NCBI GenBank assembly: GCA_018814305.1
Contig: JAHJAA010000060.1
Coordinates: 25,233-89,232 of the forward strand
Reading direction: 5' to 3'
DNA length: 64,000 nucleotides
Origin: Pseudomonadota bacterium
GTDB lineage: Bacteria; Desulfobacterota; Desulfobulbia; Desulfobulbales; JAGXFP01
A program made the position numbers and the translations under genes. Under the pieces are notes generated by a model. That model was not told where the DNA came from and made no database searches. It worked only from the letters and a program-made list of their open reading frames with translations. This document shows, in pieces, positions 61,887 through 64,000 of this stretch (positions are counted from its first letter, which is position 1; every line of letters begins with the position of its first letter).

Positions 61887-64000
61887 TCAGTGTGCATCCG
61901 CCACATTGATTCCCCAAATCTGTTTGGCATATTCACGGATCGTTCGATCGCTGGAAAATTTACCCATCCTGGCGACATTAAGAATTGAAGCCCGGTTCCA
62001 ACCGACCTGATCGCGATAGGCAAGACTGACCCGCTCCTGACATTCCATATAGGATTTCAAATCCTTCACCAGAAGATAGTTGTCATAGGGATTCATCAAG
62101 GTATCGAGAATAGGCCGAAAGAGTTCCAGGTCGCCGTGGCTGAATCGCCCCTCGCGGATACCGTCCAAGGCGCGACGGATCTCCGGATTAGACATGTAAA
62201 TATCCAGGGGGGAGCGTCCAGGATTCTGCTTCTCCCGCTCCACTTCCTCTGAGGTCATCCCGAAGATAAAGATATTTTCTTCCCCAACCTCTTCCCGGAT
62301 TTCCACATTGGCCCCGTCCAGGGTACCGATGGTCAAGGCACCATTCAAGGCAAATTTCATATTACCGGTGCCCGAGGCCTCGGTTCCGGCGGTTGAAATC
62401 TGCTCCGAGAGTTCCGCCGCCGGAAAGATCTTTTCGGCCAGTGACACCCCATAGTTGGGAATAAACACAACCTTAAGGCGTCCAGACACTGCATGATCAT
62501 TATTAATCACCGAGGCCACCGAATTAATAAACTTGATTATCAACTTGGCTAAAGTATAGGAGGGTGCCGCCTTACCGGCAAAGATCACGACTCGGGGGGT
62601 AAAGTCGCCATGGGGTCGATCCAGTATCCGATAATAAAGAATGATCACATGGAGGATGTTCAACAACTGGCGCTTGTACTCATGAATCCGCTTCACCTGG
62701 ACGTCGAACAGCGCATCCGGGGAAACGGTCAGCTCGCAGTTTTCGCTAATAAACTTAGCCAGTTTCTTTTTGTTACCGTGTTTCACGGCAGCCCACTCAC
62801 GGATAAAATCCTTATCTTCGGCATAAGGCTCCAACCTTTTCAAATCATCAAGGTCGGTAATCCACTTGTCACCGATCCTGCTCTGAATCAACCCCGCCAG
62901 AGTCGGATTACATTTCAAGAGCCAGCGACGCTGGGTGATGCCGTTGGTCTTGCAATTAAACCGACCTGGAAAAAACTCATGAAACTCCTTGAAAATCCTG
63001 GTCATCATCAGATGGGTATGGAGTTCAGCTACCCCATTGACCGAGTGACTGCCAACGATGGCCAGATGAGCCATCCGCACGCGTTTGACATCACCCTCTT
63101 GAATGATTGACATTCGTCGTAACATCTCCTCATCACCGGGGAAGCGGGCCGCCACGTCTTGAAGGAACCTAAAGTTGATCTCATAGATTATTTCAAGGTG
63201 CCGTGGTAAAATTTTGCCTAGCATGGTCACCGACCAAGTCTCCAGGGCCTCGGGCATCAAGGTGTGATTGGTATAGGCAAAGGTCTTAATGCATATATCC
63301 CAAGCCTCGTCCCATTCAACCTTTTCAATATCAACCAGCAATCGCATCAATTCAGGGATAGCAATGGCGGGATGGGTATCATTCAACTGGACCGCAGTCC
63401 GCTCACTGAAATCATTAAAAGTGGTTTGCTTTTTTTTGTAGCGCCGCATGATGTCCTGGAAAGTGGCGGCCACAAAAAAATACTGTTGTTTCAGACGAAG
63501 CAGGCGGCCTTCCTGGAGGGTATCGGAGGGATAAAGAACCTTGGAGATAGTCTCTGTACGAACCTTGTCTTCCACCGCAGCTACGTAATTACCCCGGCTG
63601 AAATAACTCAGATCGAATTCACGAGAGGCCTTGGCCGTCCATAGTCGCATATTGATGACCTGATCATTCTGATAGCCAGGGACCAACATATCACATCCCA
63701 TGGCCATGATAATTTCAGTATCGACCCACTCCTTACAGATGCGACCATTTTCATCGGTGTAGGTATTGACCCGACCAAAGAAATTAACCTGATGAAGAAA
63801 TTGGCTGCGTTCAAACTCCCAGGGCGATCCGTACCGCATCCAGTTATCAGGGGTTTCCACCTGATAGCCATTGACCAGGCGCTGATAAAAAAGACCATAT
63901 TCATAACGGATGCCATACCCGTAAGCAGGGATTCCCAGGGTAGCCATGGAATCAAGAAAGCAGGCAGCCAGACGACCAAGGCCACCATTACCAAGAGCGG
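61887..64000 (-). CDS. glgP: Glycogen/alpha-glucan phosphorylase (5'-truncated at window end)
   Basis: ALGNGGLGRLAACFLDS at the window edge, QLNDTHP, KRIHEYKRQ and EASGTGNMK (PLP Lys). Confidence 0.97.
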   Translation of the reverse strand, partial: ALGNGGLGRLAACFLDSMATLGIPAYGYGIRYEYGLFYQRLVNGYQVETPDNWMRYGSPWEFERSQFLHQVNFFGRVNTYTDENGRICKEWVDTEIIMAMGCDMLVPGYQNDQVINMRLWTAKASREFDLSYFSRGNYVAAVEDKVRTETISKVLYPSDTLQEGRLLRLKQQYFFVAATFQDIMRRYKKKQTTFNDFSERTAVQLNDTHPAIAIPELMRLLVDIEKVEWDEAWDICIKTFAYTNHTLMPEALETWSVTMLGKILPRHLEIIYEINFRFLQDVAARFPGDEEMLRRMSIIQEGDVKRVRMAHLAIVGSHSVNGVAELHTHLMMTRIFKEFHEFFPGRFNCKTNGITQRRWLLKCNPTLAGLIQSRIGDKWITDLDDLKRLEPYAEDKDFIREWAAVKHGNKKKLAKFISENCELTVSPDALFDVQVKRIHEYKRQLLNILHVIILYYRILDRPHGDFTPRVVIFAGKAAPSYTLAKLIIKFINSVASVINNDHAVSGRLKVVFIPNYGVSLAEKIFPAAELSEQISTAGTEASGTGNMKFALNGALTIGTLDGANVEIREEVGEENIFIFGMTSEEVEREKQNPGRSPLDIYMSNPEIRRALDGIREGRFSHGDLELFRPILDTLMNPYDNYLLVKDLKSYMECQERVSLAYRDQVGWNRASILNVARMGKFSSDRTIREYAKQIWGINVADAH

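Overview
This 64-kb window is core chromosomal DNA from a deltaproteobacterial (Desulfobacterota, probably Desulfobulbales-like) anaerobe; the taxonomy is inferred from gene order and content. In order it holds: a 5'-truncated Hanks kinase with TPR/WD40 repeats and a PP2C phosphatase; an M23 peptidase-bactofilin pair; rarA; an exported protein with a degenerate UshA fold and four c-type heme motifs; ppaC; a REC-only regulator; a stand-alone double-AP2 protein; mazG; rpsF-rpsR-DUF2232-rplI-dnaB-leuS-lptE; tkt; dusB; a ~19-kb MSHA-like type IV pilus locus with a 1521-aa MshQ/DUF6701 adhesin, six prepilins and a TMTC-like glycosyltransferase; an aminotransferase, truA, argC, rpsI, rplM and tRNA-Gly(GCC); hisB-ttcA; a methylmalonyl-CoA operon (prpE, sucCD, mutase, meaB, mce) with a Na+-translocating decarboxylase; pfk; and a truncated glgP. 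The strongest signals that the ORF track misses are three. First, the heme protein actually starts at 6819 and reads through an in-frame TGA (C-G-U) followed by an fdhF-like SECIS hairpin, so it is a probable seleno-tetraheme periplasmic redox protein. Second, a structured leader resembling the Na+-I (DUF1646) riboswitch sits just downstream of a near-consensus sigma70 promoter of ppaC. Third, there are several non-coding structures: a 110-bp MITE-like inverted repeat, a perfect (TGAGGGG)4 G-quadruplex motif and poly-C tracts in a pilus gene. I saw no CRISPR array, prophage, transposase or rRNA. All calls come from motif recognition by eye; no database searches were run.
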